Shown here: positions 8,607-16,563 of the stretch, in pieces
Layout of the letters: every line of letters begins with the position of its first letter
How positions within the stretch are numbered: position 1 is the stretch's first letter
Virus record (IMG/VR): IMGVR_UViG_3300024262_004725
Direction: 5' to 3' (one strand)
DNA length: 20,000 bases
From: an uncultured virus (IMG/VR IMGVR_UViG_3300024262_004725)
Lineage: Duplodnaviria; Heunggongvirae; Uroviricota; Caudoviricetes
Translations under genes and position numbers: made by a program
Notes under the pieces: model-generated
The model's input: the letters and a program-made list of their open reading frames with translations, nothing else
What the model was told of the DNA's origin: nothing
The model's database searches: none

Positions 8607-9839
8607 ATGACAATTGCAAAACCTTTCATCCCAGTAGCAAATCCTGTTTTTGATGAAGACGAAAAAACATTTTTATTAGAATGTATAGAAACTGGATGGA
8701 TTTCATCTAAAGGACATTTTGTAAAAGATTTTGAAGAAAAATTTGCAGCGACAGTAGATACAAAATTTGCATTAGCAACATCTTCAGGCACAACAGCATT
8801 ATCTGCCGCATTAATTGGATTAGATATTCGACCTGGAGATAAAGTAATTATACCTAATTACACTTTCCATGCTACTGCAACAGCTATTATATTTGCAGGA
8901 GCTATTCCAATTGTTGTAGATGTAGATCCTTCTAGTTGGGCAATTAATGCTTTTAAAATTCAAGATCTTATTGAACGTCAAAAGTCAATAGAAAAATCCA
9001 AAATAAAAGCTATTATGCCAGTTGCAATTAGTGGATTCCCTTGGGATTTACAAGCAATAGAATTTCTAGCTAAAACTTATAATTTAAAAATTATAGGTGA
9101 TAATTGTCAAGCTCTTGGCACTTTAATGCAAGATAAATTTAGTCAAATATCTTTAGCCAAAGCTTGTGATGCAGCTGCATATTCTTTCTTTGCAAACAAA
9201 ATTATTACCACCGGAGAAGGTGGAATAATGACTACTAGCAATAAAGAAACATACAAAAGAGCTAAAGCATTTATAAATCAAGGTATTTTTGAAGAAGATT
9301 CAAATCTTTTTATTGCAAAAATACTTGGATTCAATGCTAGAATGACAAATTTACAAGCTGCTATTGGATTTGCCCAATTAGATAAATTAGAACCTTTATT
9401 AGAGCAAAAGCAAATAGTATCTGCTTGGTATGAAAAATATTTAACATCTGCTACAATTATTCAAAATAGAGAGAATTCTGATCTAAATATTCCTGCAATG
9501 TTTACTCAAAGTGAACATGAGCAATTAGGGGGCTCTTCTATAAGAATATCTCGTTGGATGTTTAGATTAGCTTTCTCAGATATAATTTCTATACAAGATA
9601 TTAATAAAACAAGAACTGCATTAAGAGAACAAGGATATGAAACTAAACCTCTATATCCACCAATATCTCAACAACCTTTTATTAAAGAGTTAGTAAAAGA
9701 AGGAAGAGTAATTTTAGATAGAGATTTAAGTTTCTCAGAATCTCTTAAAGGTTTTTATTTACCTACACATGGAGAAATCACAGAAAAACAAGTAGAAGAA
9801 ATGTCTAGCATTATTAAGAAACATCTTCATTTTTCATGA
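8607..9839 (+). CDS. DegT/DnrJ/EryC1/StrS PLP-dependent sugar aminotransferase (perosamine-synthase-like)
   Basis: IPVANP...GWISSKG.FV..FE, SSGTTAL, SFFANKIITTGEGG (PLP lysine), GFNARMTNLQAAIG, YLPT. Confidence 0.93.
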   Translation: MTIAKPFIPVANPVFDEDEKTFLLECIETGWISSKGHFVKDFEEKFAATVDTKFALATSSGTTALSAALIGLDIRPGDKVIIPNYTFHATATAIIFAGAIPIVVDVDPSSWAINAFKIQDLIERQKSIEKSKIKAIMPVAISGFPWDLQAIEFLAKTYNLKIIGDNCQALGTLMQDKFSQISLAKACDAAAYSFFANKIITTGEGGIMTTSNKETYKRAKAFINQGIFEEDSNLFIAKILGFNARMTNLQAAIGFAQLDKLEPLLEQKQIVSAWYEKYLTSATIIQNRENSDLNIPAMFTQSEHEQLGGSSIRISRWMFRLAFSDIISIQDINKTRTALREQGYETKPLYPPISQQPFIKELVKEGRVILDRDLSFSESLKGFYLPTHGEITEKQVEEMSSIIKKHLHFS

Positions 9840-9976
9840 TAGGTATTTTAAAATTTGTTTTAATAAATTTTCTTGGTTTCATTTTTTTACGTACTCTTCT
9901 TAGAATATTAATTTTAGGAGCAATAGCAATTGGAGGTATCGCTATGCTCCGTAAAATAATTGATCCATTAGGTTAA
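9836..9976 (+). CDS. 46-aa hydrophobic peptide (not in ORF track)
   Basis: ATGA overlap with the aminotransferase stop; MIGILKFVLINFLGFIFLRTLLRILILGAIAIGGIAMLRKIIDPLG. Confidence 0.6.
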   Translation: MIGILKFVLINFLGFIFLRTLLRILILGAIAIGGIAMLRKIIDPLG

Positions 9977-9995
9977 AACATAAAAGGAATATTAA

Positions 9996-10355
9996 ATGAC
10001 ACAAGTAACTCCAGAATTAATACAAAGAATATTAGATGATTTAGAAACAACTAATCCATTAACTAAACATTATGCTGAATTTGTATTAAATACAATACAA
10101 ACTTTTGATAAAAAGCAACATGATTATGGGCCAGGAAATATACGTGATACTATTGCAGAATTTGGTATAAGATCTATAATCATTAGAAATAGAGATAAAG
10201 AAGCAAGAATTAAAAATTTAGTAGGACAAGAAAAAGAAGCTGTTAATGAACCTTTAATTGACGCTCCAATTGACGCTGGAGTATATTTCTTTATTTTAGC
10301 TATGGTTATTGCAGGACACTGGCCTGGATTAGATCCAAAAGAAATAAAATGGTAA
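9996..10355 (+). CDS. DUF1599 / nucleotide-modification-associated domain 1 (Nmad1)-like protein
   Basis: KKQHDYG...G....R..DK..R..NL......NE...D...D...Y pattern; AAGGA RBS. Confidence 0.75.
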   Translation: MTQVTPELIQRILDDLETTNPLTKHYAEFVLNTIQTFDKKQHDYGPGNIRDTIAEFGIRSIIIRNRDKEARIKNLVGQEKEAVNEPLIDAPIDAGVYFFILAMVIAGHWPGLDPKEIKW

Positions 10356-10612
10356 AATTTTTATTAAATCCAATTAAATTAACTATGGCATATATAATAA
10401 TCGCTATCTATACTATAGGCGCACTTCATACATATAATTATATGTTAGATCATAATAAACTTAATTATATTGGCAGACTTGTTATAGCTATGTTAATTCC
10501 AATGGGTCAAATATATTTAATAACAAAAATATTTTTAATTGAAGTTAAACAATTTATTAATTCATTAAAATGGATTAAAAATAAAATTATCAACACAGGA
10601 GAACTAGTTTAA
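10349..10612 (+). CDS. Small membrane protein (2 TM)
   Basis: Hydrophobic stretches; 7-nt overlap with the upstream gene. Confidence 0.65.
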   Translation: MVKFLLNPIKLTMAYIIIAIYTIGALHTYNYMLDHNKLNYIGRLVIAMLIPMGQIYLITKIFLIEVKQFINSLKWIKNKIINTGELV

Positions 10613-10613
10613 A

Positions 10614-11261
10614 ATGACAATTACAGCAACACTCATGTTTCCGCATTCCCTAGAAGCTGGACAACGAATGGAAGATATTGCAATCTTCGCAGCACGTCGA
10701 TGTAGAACAATTAAAACTCATGATGAACTTTGGGATGAAGTTAATGGATATTCATTAGAAAAGAAAGCCAAGTATCTAAATGCAGTTGTGCATGAAGATT
10801 GGGCATTGGACGTATTAGAAATGCTCCCAATTCATTTTGACATTGAAAGTGCACCAGTTTGGTTAACAGTTGAATTACTTCGACATCGTTTAGTATGGCG
10901 AGATTTTTCAATGGAGCAAATGTCGCAACGTGCAATTAAAGCAGACCGTTTACAATTCACAGTGCCTACACCGTTAGAAGAATTAACACAAAAATATATC
11001 TTAGACATTGCAAAGAAAATTGAAGAACATCCTGAAATGAAGCCTGAAGATTATCGTGCAGCATTTCCAACAGGAACAAATGTTAATATGGTAATTGCAG
11101 GTAATATGCGAGCATTTATGCATTTCTTTTTTATGAGAAGTTCAACAGATGTTGGGGGAGCTGGTGGAGCACATCCAATGTTCGTAGAAATGGCAGATTC
11201 TATGTTAGAACAAACTCGTAAAGTTTATAAAGCAAGTATTCAGCAAATTATTAAAGCATAA
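10614..11261 (+). CDS. thyX: Flavin-dependent thymidylate synthase (ThyX) family protein, divergent
   Basis: AARRC, LE, APVWLTVELLRHR...FSMEQMSQR, EDYRAAFP, NMRAFMHFFFMR; GGAG RBS. Confidence 0.8.
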   Translation: MTITATLMFPHSLEAGQRMEDIAIFAARRCRTIKTHDELWDEVNGYSLEKKAKYLNAVVHEDWALDVLEMLPIHFDIESAPVWLTVELLRHRLVWRDFSMEQMSQRAIKADRLQFTVPTPLEELTQKYILDIAKKIEEHPEMKPEDYRAAFPTGTNVNMVIAGNMRAFMHFFFMRSSTDVGGAGGAHPMFVEMADSMLEQTRKVYKASIQQIIKA

Positions 11262-11380
11262 TGGAAATTTTAGTTAATCTAGTAAATGGACTTATTTCAT
11301 TTGCTACTATTCCTTTTGTATTTATTATAATTATGTTAATAGGTATATTCTTTTACGTTAAATCTATGTCAGGAAGATAA
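11261..11380 (+). CDS. 39-aa single-TM peptide (not in ORF track)
   Basis: TAATG coupling; MEILVNLVNGLISFATIPFVFIIIMLIGIFFYVKSMSGR. Confidence 0.6.
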   Translation: MEILVNLVNGLISFATIPFVFIIIMLIGIFFYVKSMSGR

Positions 11381-11392
11381 AAAGGATTAAAA

Positions 11393-11617
11393 ATGATAAA
11401 TATAGTATATTTTTATAGAGGTCAATCTATAATAATAGATAAAGAATTAGAAAAATTATTAGAGGATATTGCAGAATTTACAGGTTGTGGATGGGGAACA
11501 GATAATATAAGAAATTGTGATTTTAAATTAAAATCAGAAAATGATCTAATAAAAGCAAATAAAAGAATTAAAGAAAAATTTGGAAATAAAGTAAGTACTA
11601 AATACTCAGAAGTATAA
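11393..11617 (+). CDS. Hypothetical protein (74 aa)
   Basis: AAGGA RBS; GCGWG...RNCDF. Confidence 0.72.
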   Translation: MINIVYFYRGQSIIIDKELEKLLEDIAEFTGCGWGTDNIRNCDFKLKSENDLIKANKRIKEKFGNKVSTKYSEV

Positions 11618-11628
11618 AATAATCAATC

Positions 11629-11799
11629 ATGACATTATATAAAAAATGTAGTTGGCATACTCCTAATAATTATTCTTATATTCAAGCACACGAAGATGCA
11701 GAAAAAAGAATGGCTAAAGGAGAAGTACAAACACTATGTAATATATGCAAATTATATTATTGGTCTAATGAAATAGGAGTAAACCCTAATACCAAATAA
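11629..11799 (+). CDS. 56-aa Cys/His protein, possibly Zn-binding (not in ORF track)
   Basis: MTLYKKCSWHTPNNYSYIQAHEDAEKRMAKGEVQTLCNICKLYYWSNEIGVNPNTK; CxxH...CxxC. Confidence 0.62.
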   Translation: MTLYKKCSWHTPNNYSYIQAHEDAEKRMAKGEVQTLCNICKLYYWSNEIGVNPNTK

Positions 11800-11924
11800 T
11801 GATTTAACACCAATAAAAAATGGATGGTTAGAACGTGTTTTACGACGTGCATCTGAAGAAGTAAAAGCAAAAGAACAACTTAGATTAAATATAAAAAGAA
11901 AATGGCGATTAGAGGATAAAAGAA

Positions 11925-12173
11925 ATGAGAGATAAATTAACAAGAAATCCAATAGAAACTTTTATCTTAACACCTTTTTTACCTCATAAAAGAAAAGGAA
12001 CATGTTCTTGCATATGTCATTCTAATCCAGATAATATAAAACATGTAATGGCTTGTTGTTCAGGATATCCAGATTTTATAACACGTATGGATAAATTATT
12101 AGAAGATAGTCCTGCAACTAAAATTAAAAAAGCTAGACAAGCTAGAGAATTTAGCAAACAAATTAGAGAATAA
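11925..12173 (+). CDS. Hypothetical Cys/His-rich protein (82 aa)
   Basis: CSCICH...HVMACC; GAGGA RBS. Confidence 0.72.
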   Translation: MRDKLTRNPIETFILTPFLPHKRKGTCSCICHSNPDNIKHVMACCSGYPDFITRMDKLLEDSPATKIKKARQAREFSKQIRE

Positions 12174-12184
12174 AAAGGTTTAAA

Positions 12185-12352
12185 ATGCTAGAAAAAATAA
12201 TTAGATTTAAAGAAAGACAAAATTCAAAATTGGTTTTAATAAAACCACTATTTGAAACTGATACTAAATCTAAAAGAATTAGACTTACTATTATTAATAG
12301 TGCTATTGCCTTTATGATTTTCATTTGGGCTGTTATCCAAAGGATTTTTTAA
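12185..12352 (+). CDS. 55-aa protein with C-terminal TM (not in ORF track)
   Basis: AAGG RBS; MLEKIIRFKERQNSKLVLIKPLFETDTKSKRIRLTIINSAIAFMIFIWAVIQRIF; its stop abuts the next TTG start. Confidence 0.6.
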   Translation: MLEKIIRFKERQNSKLVLIKPLFETDTKSKRIRLTIINSAIAFMIFIWAVIQRIF

Positions 12353-13747
12353 TTGAGACATACAGATGTTACAGTTATTATTCCAACTTATAATGAAAAT
12401 AATAAAGATTTTTTAAAACTTATAAAAGAATTAAATCATGTACATTTCAAAATAATTGTTTCAGATGATGGAAATGATAATTTAGAAGAAGTTTGTAAAC
12501 CTTTTCGTAATTTAACTTACATTAGAGGTGCTGGCGATGAAGCTACATCTATTCACAAAGCAATATTATTAAGTAAAACAGCTTTTACATGTGTAATGGA
12601 TGCAGATGGAAGTCATTCACCTATTTCAATATCTGAAGGTATTTGGTTTTTAAATGAAAATCCAACTGTCGATATTATCAACTTCAGTAGATATATTAAT
12701 TCAGGTAATTCAGATGCTAAACGAATTAATAAAAGTATTAGCAAAATTGGTAATAGATTTCTCAATATTTTAACTGGAGTAAAACAAACAGACTGGCTAG
12801 GTAGATTTATAATTGCCAGAACATCACTACTTAAAAAATATGATGTATGGTATGGAAAAGGCGATGCTGGCTTTGCATTTTTATATCAAGCACATAAAGA
12901 TAATAAAAATATCATTGAACTTCCCTTCAGTTTCAAACTACCAAAAGATAAAACAGAAGGAGTTACAAGTAATTGGACAGGACTTTTCAAATACGCAATA
13001 AGATGTTTAACAAGACTTCTTCTTTTGAGATTAGAAAACAAAGTAATTTTAAGTCCAAAAATAATACAACAAGGATTAGACAAAGATCCAACAGGAGAAA
13101 AACCATTAAAAGTATCAATCTTTTCAATGTTATTAACCACAGGATTAGTCATTCCACTATGGTTGCTAACTCAGATTTTCAAAATACCTCTACCATTAAT
13201 AGGTACTATTATACAAACGCTGCCACTTAGTACATCATCTTTTATATTCAGAGCTTGCTATTGGAAATCAAGAGTTCAACATTTAGGTTATGATGTTTTA
13301 ATTGCAAACAATGTAACTATATGGAACCCTAAAAATTTAGTAATAAAAAATTCATCCCGAATTGATACTAATGTAATTCTAATTGCTAATGAAGAATTAG
13401 TTTTAGAGGAAAGAGTATCTATTCATCAAAATAGTATATTAAATAGTAAAGGTAAAATCTTTATTGGACACGATACTTGTATAGGAAGCAACTGCGCATT
13501 ATATGCATCAACAAACATAATTGGAGATTCTTGGAAATCTTTTTCATATGCGTCTCCAAACTATGATCAAGAAATTAAAAAACTAGGTATTAATATAGGG
13601 CACCATTCATATATAGGAACTAATTCTACAATTATTGGTGGGAACATTGGAGATCACGTTATCATAGGCGCAAATTCTTTTCTAAAAGAACAAGGCGTTA
13701 ATAATAAATCTATACTAGTAGGTAGTCCAGCAAAGGTAATAGCATAA
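12353..13747 (+). CDS. Fusion: GT2 polyprenol-phosphate glycosyltransferase (DPM1/GtrB-like) + hydrophobic segment + left-handed beta-helix acyltransferase
   Basis: N-terminal IIPTYNE, VSDDG, VMDADGSH, SRY, IIELP; C-terminal hexapeptide repeats (IFIGHDTCIGSNC, INIGHHSYIGTNSTI, IGDHVIIGANS) ending GSPAKVI. TTG start with AAGGA RBS. Confidence 0.88.
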   Translation: MRHTDVTVIIPTYNENNKDFLKLIKELNHVHFKIIVSDDGNDNLEEVCKPFRNLTYIRGAGDEATSIHKAILLSKTAFTCVMDADGSHSPISISEGIWFLNENPTVDIINFSRYINSGNSDAKRINKSISKIGNRFLNILTGVKQTDWLGRFIIARTSLLKKYDVWYGKGDAGFAFLYQAHKDNKNIIELPFSFKLPKDKTEGVTSNWTGLFKYAIRCLTRLLLLRLENKVILSPKIIQQGLDKDPTGEKPLKVSIFSMLLTTGLVIPLWLLTQIFKIPLPLIGTIIQTLPLSTSSFIFRACYWKSRVQHLGYDVLIANNVTIWNPKNLVIKNSSRIDTNVILIANEELVLEERVSIHQNSILNSKGKIFIGHDTCIGSNCALYASTNIIGDSWKSFSYASPNYDQEIKKLGINIGHHSYIGTNSTIIGGNIGDHVIIGANSFLKEQGVNNKSILVGSPAKVIA

Positions 13748-15003
13748 TGACAGATCAAGAATTTCATCCTGAAATGATAGAAGAAACAGATGGCAAACTT
13801 AGAGAGCCTAATTCAAAAGAATTAAAAAGTCAATATGAAAGATACAGAGAAAGTACTCAAGGAATAACCCCTGAAGCACATAAAACTTTTATGGAAGAAG
13901 ATCAAGAAAAACGTGATATAAAAACATTTAAATATATAAATGTAATTATTGTTGGCATTTCAATACTAACTATAATATGGGGAATTACTGCATCAAATCC
14001 ATCTTCATCATCTTCTATTATAAGTATACCATTAATAGAATCCACTGCAATTCCAACAGTAATTCCATTAGAAATTGTATATACTGCAAAACCAAACAAA
14101 ATTTATAATACATATTATTCAGACTGGGAAATTAATAATAATGTATTTAACTGGAAAATAGAAGGAAATTTAATAGGATCATCTATTCTTACTCTTTTTG
14201 ATCCCGCAGGACTAAATCCAGCACTCCCATATTTTATAGAAATTGATAATAATACTCATGAAATAATAATTTCTGCAACATTAATAGATTGTTTAAGATG
14301 TCGCATTACTTCTGTAAACAAAAATTTAGAAGGTAATTATATTTATTCAATTCCTAATAATGGTTTATATGAAACACATCCTATAAAAGGATTAGTTAAT
14401 AAAACAATATTTCCTTTAATAACTAATAAATCAGAAATTAAAAATAATGTTATAACATTTATGGATGGTCAATTATTATCACAAGCAATAATTCCGACAA
14501 ATTTAAATGAAACAACATTTATAAATTTTCAATATGAATTACCTTTCGAAATATCAAGTACAATACGTGAAATTAAAACAGAGGGTTCAGATTTTATAAA
14601 CATTTTATCTGAAAATCCTACACGATTACTAACAATAAATAAAGTGTATAGAGAACAAGAAAGATTAATTAGTAATTTAACTATATCAAATCCAGTATCT
14701 TTTATAGAACAAAATGCAGCATTTTGGATTTATGATGTAGGTAATTCCAATGTAGATTATACTAGTAAAATAGTTATTTTGGATAAAGCAGGAAAAGTAG
14801 AAAAAAGTTTTACTGAATTTTACGGAATACCTTTAGGAGATTCTCAAGAAAGTAAAATCAAAAAAGGTGAAAATTCTACTATAATTATTCAAGATTCTGG
14901 AAATAACAGAATAATTTATATAGATATAATAACTCAAGAACCAATATTTAGTATACAAGGTAATGGACATATTATAAATGGATATAATCAAACTATAAAT
15001 TAG
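13747..15003 (+). CDS. Single-pass membrane protein with S/T/P-rich linker and beta-rich (possible propeller) C-terminal domain
   Basis: TM at about aa 63-81; ASNPSSSSSIISIPLIESTAIPTVIP linker; NHL-like IIIQDSGNNRII near the C-terminus. Confidence 0.7.
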   Translation: MTDQEFHPEMIEETDGKLREPNSKELKSQYERYRESTQGITPEAHKTFMEEDQEKRDIKTFKYINVIIVGISILTIIWGITASNPSSSSSIISIPLIESTAIPTVIPLEIVYTAKPNKIYNTYYSDWEINNNVFNWKIEGNLIGSSILTLFDPAGLNPALPYFIEIDNNTHEIIISATLIDCLRCRITSVNKNLEGNYIYSIPNNGLYETHPIKGLVNKTIFPLITNKSEIKNNVITFMDGQLLSQAIIPTNLNETTFINFQYELPFEISSTIREIKTEGSDFINILSENPTRLLTINKVYREQERLISNLTISNPVSFIEQNAAFWIYDVGNSNVDYTSKIVILDKAGKVEKSFTEFYGIPLGDSQESKIKKGENSTIIIQDSGNNRIIYIDIITQEPIFSIQGNGHIINGYNQTIN

Positions 15004-15046
15004 GGGTCATTCAATCATTGACTTTTTCTAAATAATCTAGTATAAT
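15002..15046 (+). promoter_or_regulatory. Near-consensus sigma70 promoter with upstream AGGGGTCA box
   Basis: TTGACT 15018-15023, 17-nt spacer, TATAAT 15041-15046; AGGGGTCA at 15002-15009. Confidence 0.85.
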
Positions 15047-15082
15047 TAGCATAGGCGAGAAATGTCTATGCTAATTATTTTT
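15042..15082 (+). terminator. Intrinsic terminator-like hairpin
   Basis: Perfect 13-bp arms ATAATTAGCATAG (15042-15054) and CTATGCTAATTAT (15066-15078), plus G-U and C-G pairs, a 7-nt loop and a T run to 15082. Confidence 0.7.
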
Positions 15083-15093
15083 AAAAGTTAAAA

Positions 15094-15999
15094 TTGATTA
15101 TTAAAATTCCATTACGTATATCTTTTATTGGTGGAGGAACGGATTTTCCTCATTACTTTGAAAGAGAAACTGGGTTAAGTGTAAGCACTACATTTAATCA
15201 ATATGCATACATAACTGATGATGTTGAAAAATGGCAAGGTATTAATAATCATAAAGATTTAATACAAGCAGCACAAACTTTTTATTCTTCAGATAAACCT
15301 TTAAAAGTAGCATCAGACATGCCCCCAGGATCTGGTCTTGGAACATCATCTGCAATTTGTGTTGGACTTTCTAAAATGTTAGCTCCATATTGGAGATCAT
15401 ATGATTCAGAATATTTAGCACAATCTGCAATTGAAATAGAAAGAAATATTGCTGATATTCCTGGTGGTTATCAAGATCAATATACAGCAGCCTATCCAGG
15501 AACTAATAAATTTATCTGGAGAAAAGATAAAGTTTATATTGAACCTATTAAATTAAATTATAATTTACAACAGCATTTATTACTTGTGAACACTAAAGTT
15601 ACTCGTAGACAAAATGAATTAATGAATAACCAAATTAGTTCAACTATAAATCAAGATAATGACAAAGCATTAAATGCAATAAAAATTCAAGCTAATCAAT
15701 TTATAAAAGCTTTAAAAGATAAAGATATTTCAGAGCTTGGTTGGATACTTTACAGATCATGGCAAGAAAAAAAGAAACTAGCTCAAGGTATTAATATTCC
15801 AGAACTTGAAGAATTTGAAGATAAAGTTTGGAAAAAAATTAAAAGCGTCTATGGATTTAAATTAATGGGAGCTGGTGGTGGAGGTTATATTTTAGTTATC
15901 TGTAAAAATAGATATGATACTGCAATTGAATTAGCCACATTAGGATATGAATCTTATAAACCAGCACTCGTGGACTCAGGGCAAGTAATAATACCATAA
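15094..15999 (+). CDS. hddA: GHMP sugar kinase, D-glycero-alpha-D-manno-heptose-7-phosphate kinase-like
   Basis: PLRISFIGGGTD, PPGSGLGTSSA, GGYQDQY, SWQEKK, KLMGAGGGGY; TTG start. Confidence 0.85.
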   Translation: MIIKIPLRISFIGGGTDFPHYFERETGLSVSTTFNQYAYITDDVEKWQGINNHKDLIQAAQTFYSSDKPLKVASDMPPGSGLGTSSAICVGLSKMLAPYWRSYDSEYLAQSAIEIERNIADIPGGYQDQYTAAYPGTNKFIWRKDKVYIEPIKLNYNLQQHLLLVNTKVTRRQNELMNNQISSTINQDNDKALNAIKIQANQFIKALKDKDISELGWILYRSWQEKKKLAQGINIPELEEFEDKVWKKIKSVYGFKLMGAGGGGYILVICKNRYDTAIELATLGYESYKPALVDSGQVIIP

Positions 16000-16325
16000 T
16001 GCATTTTAACAAAATTATTGTAATTGGAAACGTTGGAACTAATCCAGAGTTACGACATACATCTAGAAACAATACACCAGTATTAAATTTCAGACTTGCA
16101 GTTTCTTACTCTGACTGGGATTCAGAATACGAAATTTTAGTAGAAGAAACTGAATGGTTTCAAATAACTATCTGGGGCAAACAAGCAGTTACTGCTAAAG
16201 AAAGCATGTCTCAAGGTACAAAAATATTAATTGAAGGTAAGTTTAAAACTAAAGATATACATACTTCAGAAGGAGAAGTCAGAACTCTTAATGAAATTAT
16301 TTCTGACAAATTCGTTATTCTTTAG
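15999..16325 (+). CDS. ssb: Single-stranded DNA-binding protein (OB fold only, no acidic tail)
   Basis: NKIIVIGNVGTNPELRHT, FRLAV, ETEWFQITIWGKQA, GTKILIEGK. Confidence 0.93.
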   Translation: MHFNKIIVIGNVGTNPELRHTSRNNTPVLNFRLAVSYSDWDSEYEILVEETEWFQITIWGKQAVTAKESMSQGTKILIEGKFKTKDIHTSEGEVRTLNEIISDKFVIL

Positions 16326-16337
16326 GAGATATTAATA

Positions 16338-16559
16338 ATGCCAGCATTAATAAAAAGCACAAATAATCCAGATAGATTTATTTTAGACAATGGAGTAGAA
16401 GAAAATAATTATGAATTAGTTTTTAATACCCCACATAATAAAGAATTAAAAACAAGTTTATCAGTATATAATTTTAATGGTGAACTACAAGAAATATCTG
16501 AAAGTAATGGATCAAGAAAGACTCATTTAAAACGAGTACATGAAATATTTGGAGACTAA
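16338..16559 (+). CDS. Hypothetical protein (73 aa)
   Basis: AGGAG RBS. Confidence 0.72.
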   Translation: MPALIKSTNNPDRFILDNGVEENNYELVFNTPHNKELKTSLSVYNFNGELQEISESNGSRKTHLKRVHEIFGD

Positions 16560-16563
16560 TTAA

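Noticed and set aside
10256..10277. Short tandem repeat AATTGACGCT x2
   Set aside because: It encodes IDAP-IDAG within the Nmad1-like protein; only two copies, explained by coding.
16323..16340. TAG readthrough or stop-codon recoding fusing ssb to the in-frame 73-aa ORF
   Set aside because: The TAG is part of the TAGGAG RBS of the next gene. Other TAG stops (3812, 6846, 15003) hit another stop within a few codons, and no conserved gene is interrupted, so the standard code fits.
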